From the NCBI RefSeq assembly GCF_009914755.1, contig NC_060937.1: a stretch of DNA of 64,000 bases; one strand, written 5' to 3'. This DNA is from the human T2T-CHM13v2.0 reference genome, Homo sapiens. The stretch's first letter is position 1; every line of letters begins with the position of its first letter. The position numbers and the translations under genes were made by a program. Shown here piece after piece: positions 17,540 through 30,554 of the stretch. The notes under the pieces were generated by a model. That model worked only from the letters and a program-made list of their open reading frames with translations, ran no database searches and was not told the origin of the DNA.

Positions 17540-18137
17540 GTTGCATATCCACATTTTTCCCTGGAAATATTACACTTGTTCTAGACATATCCATTCTAAA
17601 CAATAGTATATGTACATAATACACTTCCTTAAGGATAAACATCAAAGTTAGTGATAGTTCAATAATAAAGCATAAGACAAAGAATTAGGTTAAATAAAGG
17701 CTTGCCCTGTAAAATAAAATTTTGGGCAAAACTTCAACAAAGTTTTTACGCTATATTAATATTCTGGGGGTTTTATGCTATTAGAATCACGAGAAGCCAC
17801 CGTAGATTGTTAAATATTGGGGATACATTATCATAGTGATGATACAGGTTAATTTAGCAAAAAAATGTGAACAATGGACAAGAGTGAGAATTAGAGACTG
17901 GAATGTTAGCTGAGAGGTTATAGCACCTGCCAGGCACAGGATAATAAGGAAAGTAATAAGGCAGTAAAAGTAAAATATGGAAGTGATCACACAGATTGAA
18001 TTCATAATATCTGGACTTGATCAGTTACAGGGAGAGAAAGTTATGGAAAACAACTCAGATTTCAAAAGTTAGGAGTTCATGTGTATCCCTTGAAAGTACT
18101 TGTGAACTATCTTCTGTGATGTAAAAGAGGTGCTGGT

Positions 18138-18455
<318 letters not shown>

Positions 18456-19254
18456 CTATCATGATAGTGAACATTTTTCTATTTTAGGATATGGGAGGAC
18501 ACCTGAGACGGCAGGCCAGAAGTCACTCAGTAGGAGAAACATCCGTTAGAAGTAATAATGTGGGATTGCTGAAGTAAAGACTATAGGAAGAAAAAAGTGT
18601 CTGTGTGTAGGAAACGGAAAGGGAGAGAAAAATACACTGAGATGGTAAAGTAAGGAAGTGGAAGATCAGCAGAATGTGCAGATGCCAAGCCATCCAAGAA
18701 AATCATCTCTTGTGATTGTTGCGAAGTCAACTAGCTAATGTGACTCACTGCTAGGCTGTTGGATCTGAGACTTATGTGGGATAATTTAGAAACTTGCTAG
18801 TGTCTTAAGATCAATTACTCACCAATGAGAGTGGCATTGAACTGTGAATGTTCCTCCTAGATTTTCCATGAAGACTAATGGTTTTGTCTTGTCTTGAATT
18901 TGTTTTAATTACAATTTGTATACATCCTGTTCCACCCTGAAATTTTTATTTTCCAAATGGTTTTTCATTTAAAGAGACTAAATAAAGGTTCTGACTGAGT
19001 TGTACTTGTGGGAACTCCAAAATCTTTTTATAGGAAGCTATTTTCATCAAATAGTGTTGAGAATCAAGTTTCCAGTTGGAGAAAATAACAGAGACATGCA
19101 AATTCAGGATGTAGCTGTACAGCAATGTTAGTGAAGAGAGAAAATTTTGAGTCATTTAGACATTAACCATTAAGCATCTGGATTTTTTTAAATGTTAAGA
19201 CAGAAAAAAATACCTGTATGTCAACCAAAATTTTATTTAATTTAGTGAACTGTG

Positions 19255-19655
19255 ATAGGGACTCCTCTCTGCTCATCCAAATCCAGGTTTTCTTCTGCTC
19301 CTGGACACATAAGCAGGGTATGTGTTGCAGTTAGCTGTGGCCAGGACATTGGACTTGTGGTCAATGGAATATGCACAAGAAGAGATGTGCGATATTTCCA
19401 AGCCTGACTCCCTAAACAGTAAATACTTTCGAGTCATAATTTTCCACATTCTGTCCTATTAGCTGTGTCAATGGAATGACTATTGGCATCTTAGAAGTTA
19501 GAGATGAAAGATCTCCTATCAGCCTGATTCTTCAGAGACTTACTTGGAACAGAACCTCTGCTGTGGATCTTAAACCACTCACTCTGGGGAATGGTGAGGA
19601 TTAAATTCCTATTTTGTTTGAGTCATTGTATATCTTGAGGATGATTTGTTAAGTG
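19255..19655 (+). mobile_element. Old MLT1-family LTR
   Basis: TTGCAGTTAGCTGTGGCCA...CAATGGAATATG and 3' TTTGAGTCATTGTATATCTTGAGGATGATTTGTT. Confidence 0.5.
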
Positions 19656-19715
19656 CTTGTGGTACCTGCAATTCATATATCCTTTATTTATTTTAGCAGC
19701 ATTTGGGAGCATTTG

Positions 19716-19918
19716 TTCCCCTCCCTTCCCCTCCCCTCTTCTTTCCTCCCCTCCCCTCCTCTCCTCTCCTCTCCTCTCTCTCCTCTCTAACCCTCCTGCC
19801 TTCCTCCTCCTTTTCTTCCTCTTCTCTTTCTCCTTCTTTTTCCATCTCCTTCTTCTCCCCCTCCTTCTTTTTCTTTTTTCTTTCTTTCCTCCCCTCCTCT
19901 CCCTCTCTCCTTTCCTCC
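19716..19918. repeat. CT-rich polypyrimidine/polypurine tract
   Basis: About 200 nt almost purely C/T, with CCCCT, CTCCT and CTT motifs. Confidence 0.95.
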
Positions 19919-20688
19919 ATTTAATTATGATTCTCACACACACCCCTCCTCCAGTAGTTCCCATGCTAAAATGGAAAGGTGAGGGTATTGGCTATTGTTC
20001 TTACTTTGTACGGGCAGATATTGTTATTCCCATATTGTGTCTTGTCACCTTGCTAATTTTCAGCCCATAGACTTCTATGCACCAAGGTGTTCACACAAAA
20101 CTCACATTCTTTCTAAATGTTTTATGTGGTAGATGCCCACCAACATGTCTAGCTTCAAACATTCTTGTCATCTTTTACTGTTACTTTATCTATGCATACC
20201 TCATTGAAGTAACCCACTCTCATACATACATTTAATTATTTGTCTTGACCTAAAATGGTAGGATGTTTTAAATTCTGAAATTTGCTTTTTGAGGCACAGC
20301 TTCCTATTTACTTCACTACCTCACTCACTCCCCACATGCACCATGTCTGCATTGACCTAAGTGGTATCACCATTTCTACTGCCTCTGCTTATTCTCTTAG
20401 CCTATAAGCCTTGTTTTGATACAGCATTTATCTAGTATTTGGATATCAGTATCTAGATCTTAGGGTCAATCCTTTCAGCCACTATTTCACCACTAACAAT
20501 GCCCTCATTCCCTGCAATCTCTGCCACTATGGCTATTTTTATTCAACAAAGAGCTATGGAACATTTACCATGGGTCTGGAGCTCAGCAGTGAATTGAAAC
20601 TGCACTTATGGATCAAGGAGCCATCAGCACTAGATGGTACTGAAAATCATGAAACTAGAAAATACCTCATAAGAGAATGTAATTAGAA

Positions 20689-21029
<341 letters not shown>

Positions 21030-22659
21030 CTACAGAAAGGGCTAGCAGAGAGAGAGAGTCCACTGAGGTATGAAGAAAGATATAGGACCACTTAATATTA
21101 CTGAAGGCAAAAAATAGGTGTATTACTTAAAAAACTTTGATTGCAAGCAACAGAATACAGATTAAGCTAACCTCAGGAAAACAAGTTGATGGGAAAAATA
21201 TTTTTAAGTGCATAAAACTGAACAAAGATAAAAGAAATATTTCAAAATACTGCAGATCTAAGTAACAGTAGTATACTCTTATCAGTGTGTCACTACTGTA
21301 AGTTAGAAGTAAGCAAGTTTAAATATTTTTGGATATTGTCTTCTTCGGTTCAAAAGTTATATACCCAAGAATTGGTTAGCCCAGGTTAAGACCCACAAAC
21401 CATATGTTTAAATAGTTAAATACTATAAACTTAGCTAACAAATTTTTCACTGAAATATTTTCTCCTACCTGAACAAATATACCTTCATATTGAGAAATAT
21501 GTTTACAAATATGGTTTTAATAGAAATTTGACAAGACATGAAAGATGATTGAATCAAATCACTATTAATATGTTTAAATAAATGATGACATTAAGACATG
21601 TAATTCACAAATAATTATATAGTTATTCATACAAATAATTTTCTTTATTTCAATAAAATTACTAATTAAATAATTATCAGGCATTTCACATAATTTGAAT
21701 TTCACTAAAACATTTTTTCAAAATGTAATTACTCAAAGCATATCAAACCCAAAGCATATTTTCATAAAAGTTATAAATGGAAGTACATGTAAAATTAGAA
21801 AAATTAAGATAATATTTTTCATATTTTCAAATGTGTCATGTTTTGAAGGTGTTTGAAGTTGTTTTCAAACAACAAAAAAAGTAGATTACAATTAATTAAT
21901 ACCATGATATATTAAATAATTTCAATAAAACTAAGCTTTCCTTTTAAAAATGATTTGATAATATTTTTTGATGAACTTACAATTAAGAATTTCAAGCATA
22001 TCTACTTGCCACTATGAGAATTCATTTTCATACCCTGTAAATATAGACTTGCATACATCTAAATTTGAGTAACAGGGATTGTAGAAAATTGCAAATGTTT
22101 CTCGACTGCCCCATGCAAAGAGACACACACACTCACACACGGGCACACACACAAATATCATGCTAATTAGTGCATTCCTCTGGAAAAATAAATTGGAGCA
22201 CAACAGCACAACGAGAAGCAAGAAAGTCAGTTCCTGCGCTACTGAGAAATGACAGCTCTTTCTCCACATTCTGAAGCTATGCCTATCTCTATATGGGCAG
22301 TGCAATGACCCACACACTTTCACAACATTTAGACACAGCCATCTTTTCCTTTAAGAATGCATAGTAAAAGATGTACAAAAGAGTTTTGATGAGGCCTGCA
22401 TAGACGTTAAGCTACAGGTCCTCCTTGGCCAATGCTAAGCATGGCATGCAGGGTAACACCGATTATCATGAATTCTTTAAACAACAGAGATCAGGATAAT
22501 AAACTTCATTCTTGGCTTGCAGAGTGGTCGTGGTTGGGTGATTCTCTCATGTCAAATTGGTGTGTACAAATGAAATAAGAAGAATAAATGCAAGTCAAAA
22601 ATATGAGCAGAAAGCATTACCCAACTTGTTAGATGTGTTTTAAATAATTCAAGAATGAT

Positions 22660-23100
22660 CTATAGAAGTATCCATTTGAATCTGGCAACATAAAGGTCAA
22701 TGGTGACTTTAAAAAGATCAATTTCACTATAGTGGTGATGAAAACTCTGAGTGAAGTGAATTGAATTGTGAATGGAAAGCAAGGAAAAGAGACAGTGAGA
22801 TTTAACACATCTCTTGAGAAATTGTGTGGTGGATGGTGAGTAAAGAAACGAGGAAGTCATATAAGAAGGATATAGTATATCAGCACAATTTTGTAAAATA
22901 GGAGATATTAAAGCAATGTATTATGCTGAAGGAAATAATCTAGCATAGATGGAATGATGGATGAATTAGCACATGGGGAGGGTAATTGAAAGAGCAAAGT
23001 CATTAAACAGGCGAGATAGTAGAAGCTAGAGGACAAATGGAAGGCTTGACCCTCAGCATCAGAGAAAATGTGTAGACAGAAGACCATGGGGAGGACATCG
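22660..23100 (-). mobile_element. L2 fragment
   Basis: TTTGAATCTGGCAACATAAAGGTCAATGGTGACTTT...AATTTCACTATAGTGGTGATG is typical of antisense L2. Confidence 0.6.
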
Positions 23101-24366
23101 CAGAAATCCACAGAAGAGTATTCAGAGAGCTAGGATTTGGTACCATAGCTGACAAATTATCCAGACCCAAAACACATTGTAGAATCCCCCCTCCAAATTA
23201 GTTAAGATTCGAGGGTGTTGTGGTCTAAGACTTGAAAGATTAATGTAACTTAGGGGATAGAAGGGATCTCAAAAAATATGCAACACAAAGTCAGATGTGC
23301 CCACATTGGCCGTGAACATATGACCTTCAAAGTGGGAGGAAGGAATCATGAATAAGAAGACAAGCAGAATGGAACTCTCAATAGAAATGAGAAGACAAGT
23401 TAGATTGGGTGCAATCTTCTCAAAAAACACTGAGTTAGAAAGAAGTGATGATGAGATACCTAAATAGAAGTGCCTCTGGGCAACTGAGTCAAAGTTTGAC
23501 ACTAGATATGGGGATCTGGGAGTAATCAGCAAATAATCATAACCTCCTCTCTAGCTTTAACTTGGTACATTTTAAAAAAAGAAAGAAGAAACCACTTTAA
23601 TTTTGTATATATGATGTGAACAATTTATAGCAAAATAAAACATTTTTTCTAAAAATAGATTCTTACACGTTGCTGTAATTCTACATTAAAAACAATTCAA
23701 CAATGTTTTGGACTCTTTAATAGAAAAGCACTTATAATATAAAAATGTACACTAGAGAGTAGAATCATTAAATGTATGCATAATAAGTTTATTAAAAACA
23801 TTTTTGTCTCTCTTAAAAGCAGCGTCCTGACTGTTGATGCAAAGTGAGTTTTAGTAAACTAGTACATTAGAGCAAGATTCAACTTTTACATCGTTCTGAT
23901 ATATCTCAAATCTTCTGGCTTATGAAGATGATCATGACTTGCCTCTGAAATGAGCTAAAGTAATTTGTGTCACTTAAATTATCTCGTGTAACTAGGAGAT
24001 AAAAATTCAATCCACATCTATTTGGTGAAGCTTAAATTATTACGTGTACTGTTGAGAGGTTCAGATTTTGGCTTTAAAAGTTTATAACAAAAGAATAAGG
24101 CAGCAAAAATAAGGGGAAGTGTCAAATAGAAAAAAAATATTCAAAGCATGTATTCGGAGAAAAGAGGCTGTGGAAGAAAATTGTCTAGTGGGATTGCAGT
24201 CTAATTCCTCTCTGCTGGAAAAATTAAAATCTATCACATTCAAAATTTCTAAAGTGATAAACTATGGGTGAATAAGAATTTATCAAGTTTCCTATAAATG
24301 ATTTAGATAGAATATACCTAAATGCTATTTTTGTTGTAACATATTTTAAAGACTCTTTTCTTACCA

Positions 24367-25590
24367 TTTTTAAATAAACCTTATTATTTAGAACAATTTT
24401 AGATTTACAGAGAAATTCGAAGATAGAACAGAGAACTGTCATATTCCCCACACCCAATATCTTCTAATATTAGCATGTTATATTAGGATGATATGTTGCT
24501 TACTAATGATAAATCAATATTTCAACATTATTTTTAACTAAAGTTCATATTTGGTGCAGACTTCCTAAGTTTTCACTTATTGTCCTTTTCTGTTCTGCCT
24601 TCACATCTAGGGTACCACATGACACTTTAGTTGTTGTGCCTCCTTGGACTCCCCTTGCCTGTGGCAGTTTCTCTAATTCATTTCATTTTTAATGACCTTG
24701 ACTGTTTTGGTGGGAACTGGTCAGATATATTGTAGATTGTCCCTCAATTAGAATTTGTCTTTTTCTTTCATAATTAGACTGGGCTATCACATTACACCAA
24801 GGATACGTAATATCAACAAATGCTGTTGGCATTGACTTTAATCACCTGGCTGAGATAGAGTTTGTCAGGTTTCTTGACTGTACAGGTGCTCTTTTCTTAA
24901 CCGCTTGCCACAGTGTATTATGGAAGGAGGTCACTACATGTAGCTGACACCCAGGAATTGGGGAATTTTACTTCACTTCTTGAAAGTGGAGGATCTACAC
25001 AAATTATTTGAAATTCTGAATGGGATATTGGTGCCTTCTTTCCCATCTGTTTATTTTTGCCATCATTTATTTATATCAGTATATTTATATCAGTATAGAT
25101 GCATAGATATTTATTTTTGTTGGATCATAATCTAATGCTAATTTAGTTATTCACTTGCTATGATTTTTCCAGAGTTGGCTCTTCCAGTTTGCTCTTATAG
25201 CCCTTTGACATATCTCATCAATTTGGTGGCATTTTTCAGTTTTCCTTTAGAATACTTCCATACTTTTTGACGTTTCCAGATGCTCCGGGATTATCTTGTA
25301 TTTTCCTTCCTAAGTCCCAGAATCATCTATTTCACCAGGAAGCTTGGTTCCTTTTATTAGAAAATGGCGTTAGAAGCCAAGATCTAGGAGGTAGGTGTGC
25401 TCATTGCTACTGAGGAGTCATTGCTTCTAGTTCTCTCAGTTGACAGAGCAAGAAAATGTGTGTTTATGTACTAACCTGGATATATACACACACCTATAAA
25501 TATTTCTGTATGTAGCCATCTGGACCTATATTAAGCTAAATAAGTTCGTACTGATATCTTCAATTCAAACCCACCACCACAAAAATAATT
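24367..25590 (-). mobile_element. L1MC/L1MD-type 3' end
   Basis: TTTAGATTTACAGAGAAATT, TGGTTCCTTTTATT...CCAAGATCT...GGTGTGCTCATTGCTACTG and TATATTAAGCTAAA. Confidence 0.85.
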
Positions 25591-27269
25591 CTAAACTCTT
25601 CAAACTAATACCAGTATTTTAAAATAAGAACAGAAAATATTCTCTTTAAAGTATCTAAAAAAATAGAGATCATGCTTGAGCCAAAGATTATTCCAAGTAC
25701 ATATGTGATTAACCTTGATGCAACATTTATTCATATACAGGATAATACATTTGCAGTTGTCTAAAAAGCTCTGTACACAAAACAAGCAATGTGGATGTCC
25801 TTCAGGTATAATTTGAAGTTTTCCACTATCTATTTATTTATAACTTCTGGAATCTCACTGTTTGAAAGACAGCTACTTTGGTGTTGCACATTCTTGATCT
25901 TTATAATCTCTCTGTCAAAATAAAAACAAACCTACAAAGAATATCAGGAATTTTTGCATAAAGCAAGCCAGTACCATTCAGCAGAATGATGATGTTCTGA
26001 CTTCACAGGAAGTTAATTGGTTGTGGACAGAGGACTAGAAATAGCAAAGAACTGAGTTAATTTGGAGTGTGAGAAAGGTAAGCAGATAGATTAAGAATAA
26101 TGGTTTATAATCTCATGCAATGTTACATTTTAGCACCCAGAAGTCAGCATGAAGTCACTAGGAAATTATTTGGGGTTGTACAAACTTGGGGAAAAATATA
26201 CATGATTTCTTAATAAGAATCTTATAGCTTAAATGCCCTAAATGCTATCAGTATAGGTGAAAGAATAATTAATTTAAAATTTTTCAATGCAGCAAATTAT
26301 TTTATGTAAATTAAACACTGTTCAATGTTTAAGACAATTATTTGTTTCTAAAGGAAAAAATATACAGCTTATATTTGTGATAGAATTATTATCCACAATT
26401 ATTTATTAGTATTTACAATGGAAATGAGATATAAAGATCTGGGCTATATAAAGAAGCACAGTTAATATTTAAATAATCTTTATTTTATTAAAAACACATG
26501 CTAAGGCCTCATGCTGGTTTACAGGTATTCTGGCTATGGCAGGAGGGAAGGGAGAGCGGGGGTGGGGGCGGTGTCTACCTGACTTTCTCATGCCAGCCAA
26601 TGGGAAACAGGTATTATAGTCATCTTCACATGCAGAGAGGAAGAGAGAGGAAATAAAAAACAGCTAAATACACCGAATACTCCTCTCTTCCATAACTACC
26701 CATGAAAACCTTAAGGGAGTGTTAGAAGTATTCAACTAAAGTTGGCTATAGCAGGAAAATGGAAATCCAGCTAATTGATCTATTTGTAAATTAATGAAAG
26801 AATCAGTTCAGTGTAGTTAATGTCTATCCACTACTTTAAAATATATATAATTTCTCCCCTCATCCCTGATCTCCCCAACTCACCTATAGTCTTTGGATGT
26901 CTCTCCTCTTCCTGAACTTCTCTTCAATATTTTGGTAGATATTTTCAGATAGTTTTGCCTCTATTAATTGGGATGTAAGAAAGGAAGAGGACAAAATACT
27001 AGATTAATTTTCCCCTTTTCCTATTTGCTAACTTGTCTATACAGCATGAAGGAAAGTACCAATATTTATTTGTTCTGAAGTATAAGACAACTTTGTTCCT
27101 CAGGTATGACCAGAAACAAAAGTCCAACAGAGTTAGGAAGGCTGGCAGAAAGCAGGTAATCGAGGGTGAGGCTCTGGAAGACAACACAGGCCGGAAAAAT
27201 CCGATATTTTCAGCACAAATAGGTAAGAATTTGAGACTAGAGAGAAGTAAGCTATAGCCGGTACCATAA

Positions 27270-27455
27270 AGCAGTTTCATTTTTTATTGTACATGTGGTC
27301 TGCAGACAGCCTTCACTGCTGACATACACCTGAAATGTTTATTTAAAATGTAGATTTCTCGGCTGTATACTGAGTCACTAAATCACAATTCTTGAAATCT
27401 TCAATTTAGGAAGTTGACATTTTAAACGATGTCTTAAAGTTTGAGAATTATGGCT
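27270..27455. mobile_element. MER5-like hAT relic
   Basis: TTAAAATGTAGATTTCTCGG and terminal AAAGTTTGAGAATTATGG. Confidence 0.45.
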
Positions 27456-30400
27456 ATAAAGGTATAATGGTCCAAAAGCACTTTTTCAGAAAATCTAAAT
27501 AGTTAACAAAAGTCATATTTGGTGCCACAGATCTAAAAATTTAGTTATTTAGCAACCAAGGCCTCGGAGAAAGATAATGGAGCTGATAAGCAGAGCCCAG
27601 GGGCAAGTTCAGCCCTAAAAGGAAGCTGAGGGATGTTGTGCCTTGCGCCAGCTCCCCTTTAGATAGAGATAGGCGTTGGCACTCAGGCACTAATTGGTAC
27701 CCTAAAATGCCTAGAGACCTATGGACAAGCCCTGCCCTGTTTCAGAACAGGGCATGACTGAATGACATCCTGTTTAATTAATTGAATTCCCTTGCAATTT
27801 GAGGATCTGAGGTGAAAGAAAGAGAGGCAGGGAGGGAGAGTCCGAGAGAAAGGTTTTCACATAAATTTCTAATACATCTGGGATTTTGATTTTCTTCTGC
27901 ATTCACCACAACATAGCATTTCTGCACACAAAATTCATAGTTTACTTTTCAGAACAGTCTACTATGACAGAAAGAGAAGCAAGAAGAAATTTCAGCGATC
28001 ATCTTTTGATGTAATACCCCTGAGAAGTTTCAATTCCAGAGGACTCTTTTTACTCAAGATCAGCAAAGTCCTGGTGGATAGTACTGCTTTTGTGAAGGCC
28101 ACTATCTTTGTTTATACTCTCCATCCTCAGGAAGCCAGACACTAACAAAAAGCCTCCTCATTTGATCACTGGGTGTCCTTTGATCTCAGTGTGCTTGGTT
28201 GCCAGTGTCTTGCCGCCGTCCTCAGGCAGGCAGTCTGGGGTAGCCCAGCACACAGTCTCCTTGTGGAATTGTGCTTTCTACCAAGTTTCAGGGTCATGAC
28301 TGAGAGTCGATAGCTCCTAATTTCACATACTCTCTCTGTTTGTCAAAAGTACCATTCATTCATTTAAAAGTATATTTTTCTTTTTCTTCCTAATTGACCT
28401 ATTGGCATAATAATACACTTTATTCTATTAGTATTACAACATGAATTGTGCTCACCATTCCTCACGATTGCTTAGCTATTTATTCTTTGCATTACTAATA
28501 TGGCCATTATTAACTCAATATCTCAGGCTTTCATTAGTATAATTGTCATCATTATCTGCACGCCACCTCATTCACACTAGGCAATTAGCCAATTCATTGG
28601 ATCAAGTTACAGAGACAAAATGATTAATTAAGTTGCCTGAGTTATCTCTGACTGTCTATACTGATTGGGATAAAATGGTTTCTATAGGACAGCAGTAGAA
28701 CCAAGCACAGAAAAGATTCCTGGAGTTCATCTCAGTTAATGACTACAAGTCACAATGCTAGGAGTAACAAAAGGCTCTATCTAGCACATCCACAGGTCTT
28801 GCCTAACACTCAGCCACATACGCTGGAAACAGAAAACCAGATACAACACATTCTATTCTCCAGTGGCAAAATGGTTCTGTTAGAGGAATGACTGGTCTGA
28901 GAAGAGTGTCTGTGTGAAAAGGAGAGCTTGCATTTGTTGAATATTTACTATCAACTATGGCATAGGTGTTTCTGCAAATGGAGCAACATACAAGGAAGTA
29001 GTGGAGATTGAATAAGCTCTCCAAAACCACAAGGTCCATTCTCAGTAGAAAGCACGCTTTCACCCAGGCCCGTGACTCAGTCAAGCCAACCTTCTGCACG
29101 CTGTGCTACAAGGCAGTCGAAAGGCAGCTGAATTGCCGCTGAGTCAGGAAATGGATTCACCGTTTTTCAGCTTTCTTTATCAGACCCTGTCATCTCCACT
29201 TTCAGGATAATTATGCTTCCTATTCAAAGAATGGATCTCAGAGGAAACTGCAAAGTGCTTCCAGTATTTTAGACTGCACAATTTATTTAGGGCAGTAATT
29301 GCCTCATTCTAAATTAATTTAAAGATTCTTCTCACATGTGCATCTAACCTGAGAACTTTTGGTTTCAGTGGGCTCCCCCTGAGTGTTTCCATTTGAAAAC
29401 ATCCGAGTGGCAGTCACCATAGCATGATTATGAATTATTTTTAATAAAATGGACTCATGATCTATGTCCTAGGGGGTCCAAGGGCAGGCAGGTGGGGTGC
29501 TTTGCATGCAGTAGGAGCAAGCCTGCAAGGAACCAGTCCAGCCTTTCCCAGGAAGAAAAGGTTTCAAGTTAATCCATCCACTGATCTACTCAGTGACTTG
29601 CATATAAACAAGAAAACCACCTTGCCTTTCTGTTTACAAGCTAGAGCCACCTGCGGTTGCTGGTGGCCAAGATCTGACCGCCAGTGCATTAATCCACAGA
29701 GCTTAAGACAGGAAGGGAAAGCGGGGAGTCAGGAGACAGGAATTTTACAAATTGACTTAACATGAAAAGAACAAGGTTAATAATTAGAGCAGGAAAAGGG
29801 AGGGAGAAGAGAGAAACATTCTTGTCCCAGAGCCCTCTGCTCTTTTCGGTTACGTTTCTGTCATACCTTCCCAGACAGTAAAAGCAAACTCTGTTCTGCA
29901 TCCTCTCTCCATCTTTACCAGTCTATTTTTGACTTCATAACATTTGCTGACTTGGAAGCTGGGTGGAAAGCTTGGGTCTTGACTGTCAGTTAAAGGCATA
30001 TCCTGGTCAACTATGTTTCCGTGCTCTACTTGTTTCGTAAGATTTGTCGTTGTGTGCAAAGTGAGCAGAATTACATTTGGTTGAGTTTGCATTTTTGGAG
30101 AAGATAATCCCTGGAGGCTGTCTGAGGCCAGTGAGATCCTGGGGTGGCCTCAAGAGAGGGATACAGAGTTTTCTGCATTACCCAGAAGGATCTTTCTGGG
30201 GAAGTTTTGGTGTATTCCCAGCAAGACTCTTACTTCTTGTGTGTGGGCAACAACTTCTCTGTACAAAATTCTCTAACATACCAAAGATGATGTATGATCA
30301 TGGAAAGTACACTGAATTGAGTGGCAGAAATACTGAATCCACTAACCAGCAATGTCATTAGCCTAGTTTATTTTTCTGAATCCTAACAATTTTTGAAATC

Positions 30401-30513
30401 AGGATATCTATGCCAGTGCTATCTACCTCATAGGGTTACTGTGCATTTCAAATGAGGTGATATACACAAGAATGGCTGATACATTCTCAGGCACTATATA
30501 ACTGTAAGATTGG

Positions 30514-30554
30514 TGTGTGTGTGTGTGTGTGTGTGTGCTCGTGTGTGTGTGTGT
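30514..30554. repeat. Interrupted (TG)n microsatellite
   Basis: TG run, CTCG interruption, then a second TG run. Confidence 0.95.

Noticed and set aside
19623-20070. Arg/Lys/Glu-rich and Leu/Ser/Pro/Phe-rich ORFs
   Set aside because: Artefacts of the CT-rich tract, which lacks stop codons.
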